The notes: generated by a model not told the origin, from the letters alone. Numbered from the stretch's first letter, positions 40,800 to 50,626 are shown. The stretch is 64,000 bases of DNA from Nitrospirota bacterium (GCA_035623825.1 DASPSR010000021.1:1-64000); one strand, 5' to 3'. A program made the numbers and translations.

Positions 40800-43191
40800 G
40801 AAAGTACTTCTCAAGGCCATAGCCAAAGAAGAAGAACTTCTTTCCAAATTGAACAGCGAACGCGAGCAAGCGCTTTCGAGGCTTAATTCGCTCAAACAGC
40901 AACTTACCATCCTGGAGGCAGCGTGCGCCAAGCTGACAAGAACCCGTGCTGCCAGAACGCCTCAGGAAAAAGTGAAATTGTTCCGCTCTCTGTTTCACGG
41001 GAGGGAGGATCTCTTCCCGAAACTGTGGACAAGCCGTACTGGTAAGAAGGGCTACTCACCTGCTTGCAAGAATGAATGGGTCACCGGAACCTGTGGAAAG
41101 ACCCTCAAACCTCTGGGTAAGTGCAGCGAGTGTGCCAATCGAAAGTTCCTTCCTATAACCGATCAGGTCATTATGGATCATCTTCAGGGGCGCCACGTCA
41201 TAGGCGTATACCCAATGTTGCCCGACGATACTTCCTGGTTTCTTGCTGCTGATTTCGATAACGAGACTTGGAAGGATGATGTTGCGGCTTTCCGGGAAAC
41301 CTGTAAGAATTTGAGAATCTCCGTAGCTATTGAACGATCACGCTCTGGAAATGGGGCTCATGCTTGGTTCTTCTTTGCTGCACCTGTGCCGGCAGCGACT
41401 GCCAGGACTATGGGCTGCTACCTGATCACGGAAACTATGAGCAGGAGGCATCAGCTCAGCATGGAATCCTATGATCGGCTGTTTCCTAGTCAGGACAATT
41501 TGCCCAAGGGGGGCTTCGGAAACCTGATTGCGCTTCCATTCCAACATGAACCGCGGCAGAAAGGCAATACGGTATTTCTCGATGAGAACTTTACGCCATA
41601 TACAGATCAATGGGAATACCTTGCGTCGATCAATAAACTTCAACCAGAAGCCGTCCAGCGAATTGCAGATGAAGCGATAAGGCAGGACAGCGTGACCGGT
41701 GTGCCGAGAGATACCGATGAAGATGCCGAAAAACAAGCTCCTTGGAACAGGACGCCTTCCCGAGGAAAGCCGAAAAAGAAAATCATTGGTAAGTTTCCTT
41801 CGGTGACACATTGCACTTTTTTGCAGCGGCTGTACGTTGAAAAGAAGGATCTGCCGTCGCCCTTCTTAACACGCATCAAACGGCTTGCAGCATTTCAGAA
41901 CCCGATGTTTTATGAAAAGCAAAGTCTGCGTTTATCCACCGCGCGAATCCCGCGAGTAATATCCTGTTTCGAAGAGCATCCCGAACACATCGCCATCCCG
42001 AGGGGTTGTCTTGACAGCCTTCAAGAGCTATTTATGGAGCATGGCGTGAAACTCGTGCTAGATGACAAGCGAATTGCACCTGCAGGGCCATCGTATTCTT
42101 TCAATGGAACGTTGAGAGAAGCGCAGCAGGAGGCAATTGACGAAATCTTTAAGTACGATCTCGGAGTCCTCTCCGCGCCGCCGGGGTTTGGCAAGACCGT
42201 TATTGGCGCTCGTCTTATAGCGAAACGTGGTTGTAGGACGCTTGTGCTTGTCCATCGGAAAGAGCTCCTGGATCAATGGATTGCGCGACTTTCCCTCTTT
42301 CTCGGCATCGACCCGAGGGAAATTGGCAGGATCGGGGCGGGCAAGAATAAGCCGAACGGGATATTGGATGTTGCTATGATTCAAAGTCTGGTCCGGAAGG
42401 ATGAGGTAAATGATATGGTCGCGGTATATGGTCACGTGATTGTGGATGAATGTCACCATCTCCCTGCTGTGTCCTTTGAGCGCGTTCTAAATGAGGTCAA
42501 GGCACGGTATATCGTAGGTCTTACTGCGACGCCTTATAGGCGCGATGGACATCAGCCGATTATTCACATGCAATGTGGTCCTATCAGGTATGCGGTGCAT
42601 CCGAAAAGCCTGGAAGCAAGAGCGCGCTTCAAGCATCAGTTGATTTGCAGAACTACAGATTTTGCAATGGATAATCCCGACTCGTCGATTCAGCAAATAT
42701 ATGCTGGTCTTGTTTCCGATGAGCGACGGAACAATATCATTCTCACCGATGTCCGGCAGGCGATCCAAGAGGGGCGCTCTCCTGTACTGCTTACAGAGCG
42801 AAAAGAGCACCTAGATATTCTCACCGCAAGTCTACAAGGTGAAGTAAAACATCTCATAGTCCTGAGCGGCAGGCTATCTCCTAAAGAACGGCGAGAGACC
42901 ATGGCACGACTGGACGCAATTCCAGATGGAGAAGCTAGGTTGATTGCAGCGACAGGCCGCTATCTTGGCGAAGGATTCGATGATCCTCGACTCGATACGC
43001 TTATCCTTGCTATGCCATTTTCTTGGAAAGGGACAATTGTGCAGTATGCAGGAAGGCTCCATCGGGAGCATCCGGGAAAACTAGAAGTGCGGGTGCATGA
43101 TTACATCGATGCCAATGTACCTAAACTCCTTCGAATGCACAAGAAGCGTCTACGTGGCTTTCGGGATATCGGGTATACTGTGGTCGAGTAA
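40789..43191 (+). CDS. AEP primase-like (TOTE-type) domain fused to a ResIII-like SF2 DExH helicase
   Basis: N-terminal coiled coil; Cys cluster C.NEW..G.C...C.EC; AEP motifs AADFD and SRSGNGAH.W, GFGNLIALP; helicase PPGFGKT, DECHH, GLTATP, GEGFD.P.LD, QYAGRLHR. Confidence 0.85.
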   Translation: MSDKKVLLKAIAKEEELLSKLNSEREQALSRLNSLKQQLTILEAACAKLTRTRAARTPQEKVKLFRSLFHGREDLFPKLWTSRTGKKGYSPACKNEWVTGTCGKTLKPLGKCSECANRKFLPITDQVIMDHLQGRHVIGVYPMLPDDTSWFLAADFDNETWKDDVAAFRETCKNLRISVAIERSRSGNGAHAWFFFAAPVPAATARTMGCYLITETMSRRHQLSMESYDRLFPSQDNLPKGGFGNLIALPFQHEPRQKGNTVFLDENFTPYTDQWEYLASINKLQPEAVQRIADEAIRQDSVTGVPRDTDEDAEKQAPWNRTPSRGKPKKKIIGKFPSVTHCTFLQRLYVEKKDLPSPFLTRIKRLAAFQNPMFYEKQSLRLSTARIPRVISCFEEHPEHIAIPRGCLDSLQELFMEHGVKLVLDDKRIAPAGPSYSFNGTLREAQQEAIDEIFKYDLGVLSAPPGFGKTVIGARLIAKRGCRTLVLVHRKELLDQWIARLSLFLGIDPREIGRIGAGKNKPNGILDVAMIQSLVRKDEVNDMVAVYGHVIVDECHHLPAVSFERVLNEVKARYIVGLTATPYRRDGHQPIIHMQCGPIRYAVHPKSLEARARFKHQLICRTTDFAMDNPDSSIQQIYAGLVSDERRNNIILTDVRQAIQEGRSPVLLTERKEHLDILTASLQGEVKHLIVLSGRLSPKERRETMARLDAIPDGEARLIAATGRYLGEGFDDPRLDTLILAMPFSWKGTIVQYAGRLHREHPGKLEVRVHDYIDANVPKLLRMHKKRLRGFRDIGYTVVE

Positions 43192-43380
43192 CCTTTCAGG
43201 TTGATAGTACCGAGGAATCAGAGTTAGTCCAAAGTGCATCAGCAGCTTGATGTCCGATGAAAATCAAAGATGTCCAACGAAGTCTCATGACATCCGACAT
43301 TAAAGGGGTAGTTATGTGGGGTATATCCTAATCTCCCGTAGGAAATGTTCTGCAATATCAAAGGATTGGACAAACTATTG

Positions 43381-43408
43381 GAATCCCACCGCCTCCACCA
43401 ATTAAATT
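43381..43408 (+). repeat. att core copy 2 (displaced tmRNA 3' fragment)
   Basis: Exact 28-bp copy of 39352-39379. Confidence 0.92.
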
Positions 43409-43469
43409 GTCGTAATGAGGAGAAATATCAACACAAAAAGCCGTTGCGTAAGAAGAAATACAAAATGAA

Positions 43470-43508
43470 AAAGGCTTAGATGATTTACCTCTAAGCCTTT
43501 AATTTTTT
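43470..43508. terminator. Bidirectional intrinsic terminator
   Basis: AAAGGCTTAGA-N9-TCTAAGCCTTT with A and T tracts on either side. Confidence 0.75.
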
Positions 43509-43543
43509 CAATTGCAAACCAGCGATTTAAATCATATTTATTC

Positions 43544-43879
43544 TCATTTACTTTTCTGAGATTGGCTCGATAAAAAAACATTACAGTCATGTTGACAGTT
43601 TGTTTTTATTTTTGCACAGGTCTCTGAAGACAATTTATTATTAAGACATTCTCTCGAATAATCATCGCATATATCGCAGCAACAACGATATGCCGTGGGC
43701 CCGCTGTAATTCTGACAATCAGGCGTATCGGTTTTCTGTGCATGTTGCTTGATTCTGCTGCACTTGCCAACGTGATAGTCGTGTTCTGCAGCGTTCCAAT
43801 CATAAGCATAAGCCGAGACGGTGAACGCAACCATAGCTACAGTCAGAGATATTCTTACAATCGATTTCATAATCCTCAC
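43544..43879 (-). CDS. Secreted cysteine-rich small protein
   Basis: Signal peptide ending AYA; 10 Cys in the mature part; SD GGGGAG upstream. Confidence 0.7.
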   Translation of the reverse strand: MRIMKSIVRISLTVAMVAFTVSAYAYDWNAAEHDYHVGKCSRIKQHAQKTDTPDCQNYSGPTAYRCCCDICDDYSRECLNNKLSSETCAKIKTNCQHDCNVFLSSQSQKSK

Positions 43880-44432
43880 TCACACGCTCCCCTCGATTAT
43901 TAATAGAGCTTGGCGACGGTCTCAAGCATTTCTCACCCGCGCTCTCCAAAAATAATAATTCAAGAGATAATCCTTGTCAAGTAGGCAGTATATTACAAGT
44001 GTACTGTGATCGTACCATAAGCTTAATAAAGGCAAATACTATTTATAGATGGCAATTTGATCCCCTCGGCTCCACGATCCGTTACACCCCAGATTATACG
44101 AAAAAAGTAACAATGCCCGTATAAGAGCCATCTCTTCTGTTCTTTTCGTTGTTGTTTCTTTCCGCAATCAGACAAAGAATCATCTAACTGCTTGGAAACA
44201 TGAGGAAAGATTACCTTAATTACACTTCCGTAAAAACTCGCGCCTACACTACGCACCAAAAAAAAGGTTGTCTGATTACGATACCTGCATGACCAAAAAA
44301 CATCTGCTAATCGCCTATTCATCGGGTTAAGTTGCCAGCCTGATGTAGCTCGCAGATTTTTCCGCAATCAAAAAATTGACAGCCATTAAGGAGCCTCACC
44401 GGTAACTTGTTGAAATAAAAAATCTTTTAGTT

Positions 44433-44448
44433 TGGCATCTGATATGCT
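44433..44448 (+). promoter_or_regulatory. sigma54 promoter upstream of the hybrid kinase
   Basis: TGGCATCTGATATGCT (GG-N10-GC); near-consensus IHF site at 44403-44415. Confidence 0.65.
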
Positions 44449-44596
44449 TTATGAATATTAAAGGCGAGAAGGTCTTTTTCTTGTATGGAAAAATTGATTC
44501 CCGAGTCTGGAAGCGGGGCTTGCGGAAGCACTCGGCAAGTAGTTTGTAGAACTCATTTTAATCATGTGCAAGTTGCTATGCTGCCTTGGAGGCGTC

Positions 44597-47152
44597 ATGA
44601 CACATCCCCGAAGTAGGAGCGACCGTCCTGCTGCCCTGCGGATCGTCATAATCTATGCATTGTTTGCTGCATCGTGGATTTACCTTTCCGACAATGCCTT
44701 GACTTCGCTGCTGGGGGATACAGAGTTCCTCATCCGTATTTCCGTGTTGAAAGGCTTACTCTTCGTTGTCGTGACAGGCATCCTCCTGTATCAACTTATC
44801 TCCCGGCATATTCAGAAAACCTGGCAGATAGAGGAGAAACTGCGTTTAAGTCAGAACCTCATAAATGCCCTGCTCGACGGGACCACCGATGCCATTTATG
44901 CGAAGGACAGGCAGGGGCGGTATCTCATGCTCAATGCCGCCGCAACAAATTTCACCGGCAAGGCAGCTGCGGAGGTGATCGGCAATGACGACACAACGCT
45001 GTTCCCTGCCGAAAATGCCGGGGATATTATGGCGGGAGATCGAAAGGTAATGGATGCCGGCCGGGTGCTGACCTACGAAGAGCGTCTACCAGTGGGTAAT
45101 GGTACTTACAGGACTTATCTCGCCACAAAAGGGCCTATCTTCAATGTAAATGGGGAGATCAGCGGTTTGTTCGGTATTGCGCGGGACATCACTGATCGCA
45201 AACAGGCGGAAGATGCTATCCGGGCAAGTGAAAGGCGTTTTCACTCTCTTTTCGATAACATGCTCGAAGGATTCGCCTATTGCCGTATTTTGTTCGAAAA
45301 CGATCAGCCGAAGGATTTTGTATATCTGGAGGTAAACACGGCATTTGAACGTTTGACCGGATTAAAAAATGTCGTCGGGAAAAAGGTCAACGAAGTACTC
45401 CCGGGCATATACGAATCCAACCCGGAGTTGTTCGAAATTTACGGCAGAGTGGCTTCGAGCGGTAATCCGGAGAGGTTTGAAACATATATAGCGCCATTGG
45501 CTAACTGGTTCTCTTTCTACGTGTATAGTCCGGAAAATGGGTGCTTTGTTACCGTATTTGATGTCATAACCAAGCGTAAGGAGGCAGAGGAAAAGCTGCG
45601 ACAACTTTCGCGCAAGATAGAATTGATCATAAATTCCGCAGGCGATGGTATTTATGGGCTGGATATGGCTGGGAAAGTGACATTCATCAATTCTGCCGGG
45701 GCCCGGATGCTGGGTTGGGATCAGAAGGAACTAATCGGAAAGAGCAGCCATGCGGCGTGGCATCACTCCAGGCCTGATAATTCCCCATTTCCCGAGAAAG
45801 AATGCGAACTGCACGCCTTGTTGACAAACGAAATCACTAATGCAGTTGACAAGGATATATTCTGGAAGAAGGATGGTACTTGTTTCTCTGTCGAATATAC
45901 CAGTGTCCCGATCTATGATAATCAAATGCTCTCAGGCAGGGTTGTCACTTTCAGGGATATAACCCAGCGCCTTAATGCCGAGCAAGAAAGGAAGAAGCTT
46001 GAGAACCAATTCTACCAGGCGCAAAAAATGGAGGTGATCGGGCACCTTGCTGGCGGTATAGCGCATGATTTCAATAATATTCTGACGGCCATAATCGGGT
46101 ACGCAAACCTTTTGAACATGAAGATCCCGGCGTCCGCTCCATTACATAATTATGTGAATCAAATACTTGCTTCAGCGGAAAAAGCAGCCAATCTCACGCA
46201 CAGCCTGCTTGCATTTAGCAGGAAACAGGTAATAAACCCGATGCCGATTAACATCAACGAAATCGTAGTGGGTATGAAGAAGATATTGGATAGGATCATT
46301 GGCGAAGATATTGAATTCAACGTTGAAACCACTGATCATGACTTGATCGTAAAATCTGATAAAGGACAGATAGAGCAGGTGCTGATGAACCTGGCAACGA
46401 ACGCACGGGACGCAATGCCTCATGGGGGGATGCTGACAATGACCACAGACGAGGCCGAAATAGATGAGCTGTTCGTTCAGGTTCATCAATACGGCAACGT
46501 CGGCAGGTATGCAGTTGTTTCGGTAACGGACACAGGCGTGGGGATGGATAAAATAACGCAAGAACACCTCTTTGAGCCTTTTTATACAACAAAAGAGGTT
46601 GGTAAGGGCACCGGATTAGGACTGGCAATGGTCTACGGAACAATCAAACAGCATGATGGCTTCATAAATGTGTACAGTGAGTCCGGTACGGGAACAACAC
46701 TCAAGATATACATACCCTTGGCAGAACCCCATAGGCAGCTTGCCGCAAAGCCCGCATCAATCGCTGTTATCGCAGGCAATGAGACACTCCTCTTAGTAGA
46801 AGACGACCCGGCTGTTAGAAAGGTAACAAAAACATTGCTTGAGGAGTTAGGCTATAGCGTGATAGAGGCCGTTGATGGAGAACAGGCCATCAGACTTTTC
46901 CGGGAAAATATTGAGAGAATACAACTCATTGTTTCCGATATGATAATGCCCAAGCTGAGCGGAAAAGACGTGCATGATGAATTGAAGAAGATAAAACCTG
47001 ATATAAGAATTCTTTTTATAAGCGGATATACAGCGGACATCCTCAAACAAAAGGGCATCGAAAATGAAAAAATAAACTTCATATCAAAGCCATTAAGGGC
47101 CGATGCTCTTTCGAGAAAAATACGGGAAGTCTTAGGCAAGCAATGTACATGA
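44597..47152 (+). CDS. Membrane-anchored hybrid sensor histidine kinase (2 TM, 3 PAS, HisKA, HATPase, REC)
   Basis: PAS ends (RDITDRK, DVITKRK, RDITQR), H-box LAGGIAHDFNN, NARDAM, DTGVG, GTGLGL, receiver VEDD..SDMIMP..SGY..KP; SD GGAGG before ATG 44597. Confidence 0.95.
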   Translation: MTHPRSRSDRPAALRIVIIYALFAASWIYLSDNALTSLLGDTEFLIRISVLKGLLFVVVTGILLYQLISRHIQKTWQIEEKLRLSQNLINALLDGTTDAIYAKDRQGRYLMLNAAATNFTGKAAAEVIGNDDTTLFPAENAGDIMAGDRKVMDAGRVLTYEERLPVGNGTYRTYLATKGPIFNVNGEISGLFGIARDITDRKQAEDAIRASERRFHSLFDNMLEGFAYCRILFENDQPKDFVYLEVNTAFERLTGLKNVVGKKVNEVLPGIYESNPELFEIYGRVASSGNPERFETYIAPLANWFSFYVYSPENGCFVTVFDVITKRKEAEEKLRQLSRKIELIINSAGDGIYGLDMAGKVTFINSAGARMLGWDQKELIGKSSHAAWHHSRPDNSPFPEKECELHALLTNEITNAVDKDIFWKKDGTCFSVEYTSVPIYDNQMLSGRVVTFRDITQRLNAEQERKKLENQFYQAQKMEVIGHLAGGIAHDFNNILTAIIGYANLLNMKIPASAPLHNYVNQILASAEKAANLTHSLLAFSRKQVINPMPININEIVVGMKKILDRIIGEDIEFNVETTDHDLIVKSDKGQIEQVLMNLATNARDAMPHGGMLTMTTDEAEIDELFVQVHQYGNVGRYAVVSVTDTGVGMDKITQEHLFEPFYTTKEVGKGTGLGLAMVYGTIKQHDGFINVYSESGTGTTLKIYIPLAEPHRQLAAKPASIAVIAGNETLLLVEDDPAVRKVTKTLLEELGYSVIEAVDGEQAIRLFRENIERIQLIVSDMIMPKLSGKDVHDELKKIKPDIRILFISGYTADILKQKGIENEKINFISKPLRADALSRKIREVLGKQCT

Positions 47153-47635
47153 CTATACAGCCTTTATCTTCCGTTGAATCAGCTCTTCATGTCTCGGTGC
47201 GGTTCGAGCGCACGTTGAAGTAAATAGGCAATAAACGTGTGCTGCACCAGATGGATTCCTGCCGCTACAAGCGATTTTAAGTCCGGTTTTCTCCTAAGCA
47301 GTCATTCCACCTGCCGAAAATACGTTCCATTCCGTTACCATAGCAGGATGTATACAGAAATCGAGAAAAAGACATGACTTGATTTACTTTTCGATCTGGA
47401 CAATTGGCGTCAAGGTTAGTAATTGAAATCTCACTCTTTTACATCTTCCAAGCCTTTTCGTAAATTTACATTGCTATGATAGTTAAGATAAATTTGTGTA
47501 CAATCAATATCTTACAGTAATAATTATTAATACTTTTGGACATATCACCTATTAACATAGCCTAATAACCCAAATATTTATAAGTATTAGAGCTTCATAC
47601 GACTTAACTCAGCGATATCACAAGGTTTATAACCG

Positions 47636-47651
47636 TGGCACAAAGAATGCA
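47636..47651 (+). promoter_or_regulatory. sigma54 promoter with upstream IHF site
   Basis: TGGCACAAAGAATGCA (GG-N10-GC); AATCAATATCTTA IHF consensus at 47502-47514. Confidence 0.7.
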
Positions 47652-47762
47652 ACTATAGTATTTGAAAGCGAGTATTAGACCACTGATGATTAACTCCTTG
47701 AACGGATAAGTGGTTTAGAGGAATAGACCAGGATGTTGATAAGCTCGTTACCCGGGGTCGTT

Positions 47763-47960
47763 ATGTTAAAAGTATGCGGACATGTACATAAAATAAAACC
47801 GGGAGAATGGCAGCAAAGCTACGAAATACTTCATGAGGGCCATATCATCGGTTATGTGGACCATAAAAAAACGCAATCAGCCAGCGTCACCATAACCCGA
47901 AATCTACGAGGTGAGGTCATGGAAGGTGAGCGCCTTAATTGGCTCTTGAAAAGGATATAG
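47763..47960 (+). CDS. Small hypothetical protein
   Basis: 65-aa ORF directly downstream of the sigma54 promoter. Confidence 0.5.
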   Translation: MLKVCGHVHKIKPGEWQQSYEILHEGHIIGYVDHKKTQSASVTITRNLRGEVMEGERLNWLLKRI

Positions 47961-47998
47961 TAGATACTTGTACACTCGTTTGGAAAAGTGGGTATAAA

Positions 47999-48353
47999 AT
48001 GGATGCACTTCTTGGTATGTCAGGATACATAGAATTGTGGCTTTCAGAGCGAGGCTTAAATCCGTATGAGATAAGTCGCGGAATGGTACTTCTTCTTGGA
48101 GAGGATTGGAAACAGATGACTTATTTTGAATTATTCGACAGGATCAGGGCCAGGGGATCAGCTGTTTCTGATATAATGCCGGTCTTTGCCGATGAGCTTG
48201 AGGCTCTCGTCCGCGGCGCGCTTAAGTTGGAAGATATCTATAAAACTGTTGGCTTAATTTAGAGACCATGAAACAGACGTGATTAAGGCTGTTGAGATAG
48301 CTGTAGGAATCGATAAGAAACTTCAGATGATCAATGCTAAAGAGGTTGCCTAG
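47999..48353 (+). pseudogene. Hypothetical protein, probably frameshifted near 48258
   Basis: ORF MDALLG...VGLI* stops at 48262, but a shifted frame continues RDHETDVIKAVEIAVGIDKKLQMINAKEVA* to 48353. Confidence 0.4.
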
Positions 48354-48467
48354 GAGTAGCGAAATATACTTGATCCCGTTAGTTCGTTGCCGGTGCTCGC
48401 ATACTGCAAAAAGTAAATAGTGTTATATGACAGGCCGGCTGATGCGGGCGTTTTGGGGGGGGCGTAT

Positions 48468-48665
48468 ATGGCACTGGTTGTGCAGTTCCCAGGATCAGTG
48501 AAAAGTTGTCGTCGGCGCAGTTCTGACAGACGACTAAAATTTAGTTTCTCACATTTTCGAAGCTCCGTAGATTGGTTAATGATCAAGAAAGTTTTGATTC
48601 ATATCATGGCATTTTCTAATTTTCCTTTCTATCTATGGATTGATTGTTCGTCATGTGGCGACTGA
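48468..48665 (+). CDS. Small hypothetical protein
   Basis: MALVVQFP...RRRSSDRR plus hydrophobic tail; G-rich SD-like sequence upstream. Confidence 0.35.
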   Translation: MALVVQFPGSVKSCRRRSSDRRLKFSFSHFRSSVDWLMIKKVLIHIMAFSNFPFYLWIDCSSCGD

Positions 48666-49246
48666 AATTGCTTTATCAGGAATTTTCTAATGCTTAATGA
48701 CGTTCAACTGTATCAAGCGCTATGTCTGCTGTTTCAGAGGATAATAAATTCCTTTCCTAATACATAAGCATCCTTTGATCTTGCCTGTCAAAAAGCGGAG
48801 CCACTCTTATTATTGCCGGCCGGACGCACTTCGCCCATCGGATAAGTTTTATATCGACGCTGCTTCCTCTTGACGATACGTCGAAAAAACCCGATGACAG
48901 GGTTCCTTCGAGTTTTAATGGAAAGCTATGATCATCAAAACGTAGCGAGGTTAAAACCGGAACTGTTACATGTTAAAATTTTGAAGTGAAAACCTAAAGC
49001 TTGGAACCCGCAAAGAATAAGTGACCGAACCTCCCTGCAATTTCAATTATTACACGAACTTATATCCCCCGATGCTCTTTCATATCCAAATTATATATAC
49101 ATAACAAGAGCATAGTTTGATAAAATATGCTCAACAGACCGGTGCCCGGGGAAATATTATAACAGCCCGCATATGAGCAGTAGCAGCAGAAGGCTTCTCA
49201 CAATGCAGATGTCGATGCAGCATGAGGCTGGAATAAGGAGGATCCA

Positions 49247-49750
49247 ATGGAAGGGAAACGGGTAAACGACAGCAGCGTGACCATGGCACAGATGATGATC
49301 CCCCAGGATGCGAACCCTGCGGGGAATGTTCACGGCGGCGTGGTCGTAAAAATCATCGATGAGGCGGCAGGCGTTGTAGCCGCGCGGCATGCACGGAGCA
49401 ACGTCGTTACCGCCTCGATCGATCGAATGGACTTCCATCATCCGGTCTTTGTTGGCGACGTTTTGTTCGTCAAGGCAAGCCTGAATCTGGTCGGGAGGAC
49501 GTCCATGGAGATCGGGGTCCGCGTAGAGGCGGAGAACCTCATCACCGGAGAAGTGCGTCATGCAGCGTCGGCGTACCTGACCTATGTTGCGCTTGACCAG
49601 CGCGGAAAACCGCGAGAGATTCCCCCGCTCATCCTTGAAACCGAAGAGGAAAAGCGGCGAAGCAGAGAGGCGAAGGCACGGCGAGAGATACGACTTGCCG
49701 AAAAAAAGCGAGAATCAGGATGCCAGAAGGACCCTGCAGCCTGCGCCTGA
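49247..49750 (+). CDS. Acyl-CoA thioesterase (hotdog, YciA-like)
   Basis: P.DANPAGNVHGG....IDE.A, VTASID..DF..PV.VGD, GRTSMEIGV; SD AAGGAGG. Confidence 0.93.
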   Translation: MEGKRVNDSSVTMAQMMIPQDANPAGNVHGGVVVKIIDEAAGVVAARHARSNVVTASIDRMDFHHPVFVGDVLFVKASLNLVGRTSMEIGVRVEAENLITGEVRHAASAYLTYVALDQRGKPREIPPLILETEEEKRRSREAKARREIRLAEKKRESGCQKDPAACA

Positions 49751-49762
49751 GAATGAGGGCCT

Positions 49763-50626
49763 GTGACATTATCCGACGAAAAGATCTCCACAGAGCTCGA
49801 TTACCTGAGAGAGGAAGTCAAGCGGCTTCGCGCCTCTCTGAATATCATGACGCCGCGCATCGATATCCTTCTGAAGCGCCGAGGATTCACGGTCTATAAA
49901 AAGGAACCTTCTGATGACCTTCTGACCCCGTCAAAAAAGTATCTGAATTCTTATTACCAGATGCTGCACAAGTATTCTTTCAGACTCTTCCTGCGCGACG
50001 TGATCAAAAATCAAGGGCTATTCACGCTCGAACAGGTCTCTAAGTACGCAACCCCCGGCGTAACGAAGGACTATATCGACTACCTCCTTTCCATCAAGTT
50101 GGCCAAAAAAAGAGCCCACGTGCATTACCTCACCATGGGCCCGGTCAAAAGCTTTGGAGAGACGCTCGAATGGTTTATCGCTGAAGTGTTCAAGCGGGAA
50201 TTCGGCTCAGAGGCGGTCTGGGGTGTAAAGTTTAAGCGACCGGCGGTCGGAGGCGACTATGATGTGATCGCGAAGTTCAATGGATCGCTCCTGTATACGG
50301 AGGTCAAGTCATCTCCGCCCAAGCAGATCTACGACGCAGAGATCGCTGCTTTCCTCAACCGAGTAGTCGATCTCTCACCTGAGATTGCAGTCTTTCTGAT
50401 GGACACCGAGCTCCGGATGAAGGACAAGATCGTTCCCATGTTTGAGGCCCAACTGGCGAAAAGACATTCCTCGCCTCCCGAAGTAGTACGGATGGAGCGT
50501 GAGCTCTTTCACATACAGAACAGAATATTCATCGTCAATGCGAAGGAAAGCATCATCAGGAACATCGAGAGGGTGCTCTACCGGTATTACAAGGCAAGAG
50601 AGACCGCATTGTCAGCCATGCCCTGA
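49763..50626 (+). CDS. Hypothetical protein with PD-(D/E)xK restriction-endonuclease-like motif
   Basis: FGETLEWF (helix 1 Glu), GGDYDVI, YTEVKS. Confidence 0.7.
   Translation: MTLSDEKISTELDYLREEVKRLRASLNIMTPRIDILLKRRGFTVYKKEPSDDLLTPSKKYLNSYYQMLHKYSFRLFLRDVIKNQGLFTLEQVSKYATPGVTKDYIDYLLSIKLAKKRAHVHYLTMGPVKSFGETLEWFIAEVFKREFGSEAVWGVKFKRPAVGGDYDVIAKFNGSLLYTEVKSSPPKQIYDAEIAAFLNRVVDLSPEIAVFLMDTELRMKDKIVPMFEAQLAKRHSSPPEVVRMERELFHIQNRIFIVNAKESIIRNIERVLYRYYKARETALSAMP

Larger units (their letters stand above)
39372..43408. mobile_element. Integrase-less genomic islet inserted in the ssrA 3' end
   Basis: 28-bp direct repeats at both ends, IHF consensus sites, paired GGGGTA arm-like sites, TA plus helicase cargo; no integrase ORF inside. 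Confidence 0.85.

Noticed and set aside
40789-43191. Type III restriction-modification system
   Set aside because: No Mod methyltransferase nearby and no C-terminal nuclease motif seen; only the helicase core is ResIII-like.
43381-43408. A tRNA gene ending in CCA
   Set aside because: Only the 3' T-arm/acceptor fragment is present; it is the att duplication of tmRNA.
43544-43879. Multiheme cytochrome c
   Set aside because: No CxxCH motif.
44023-44367. 114-aa ORF in the AT-rich gap
   Set aside because: No SD or domain; more likely regulatory DNA upstream of the sigma54 promoter.
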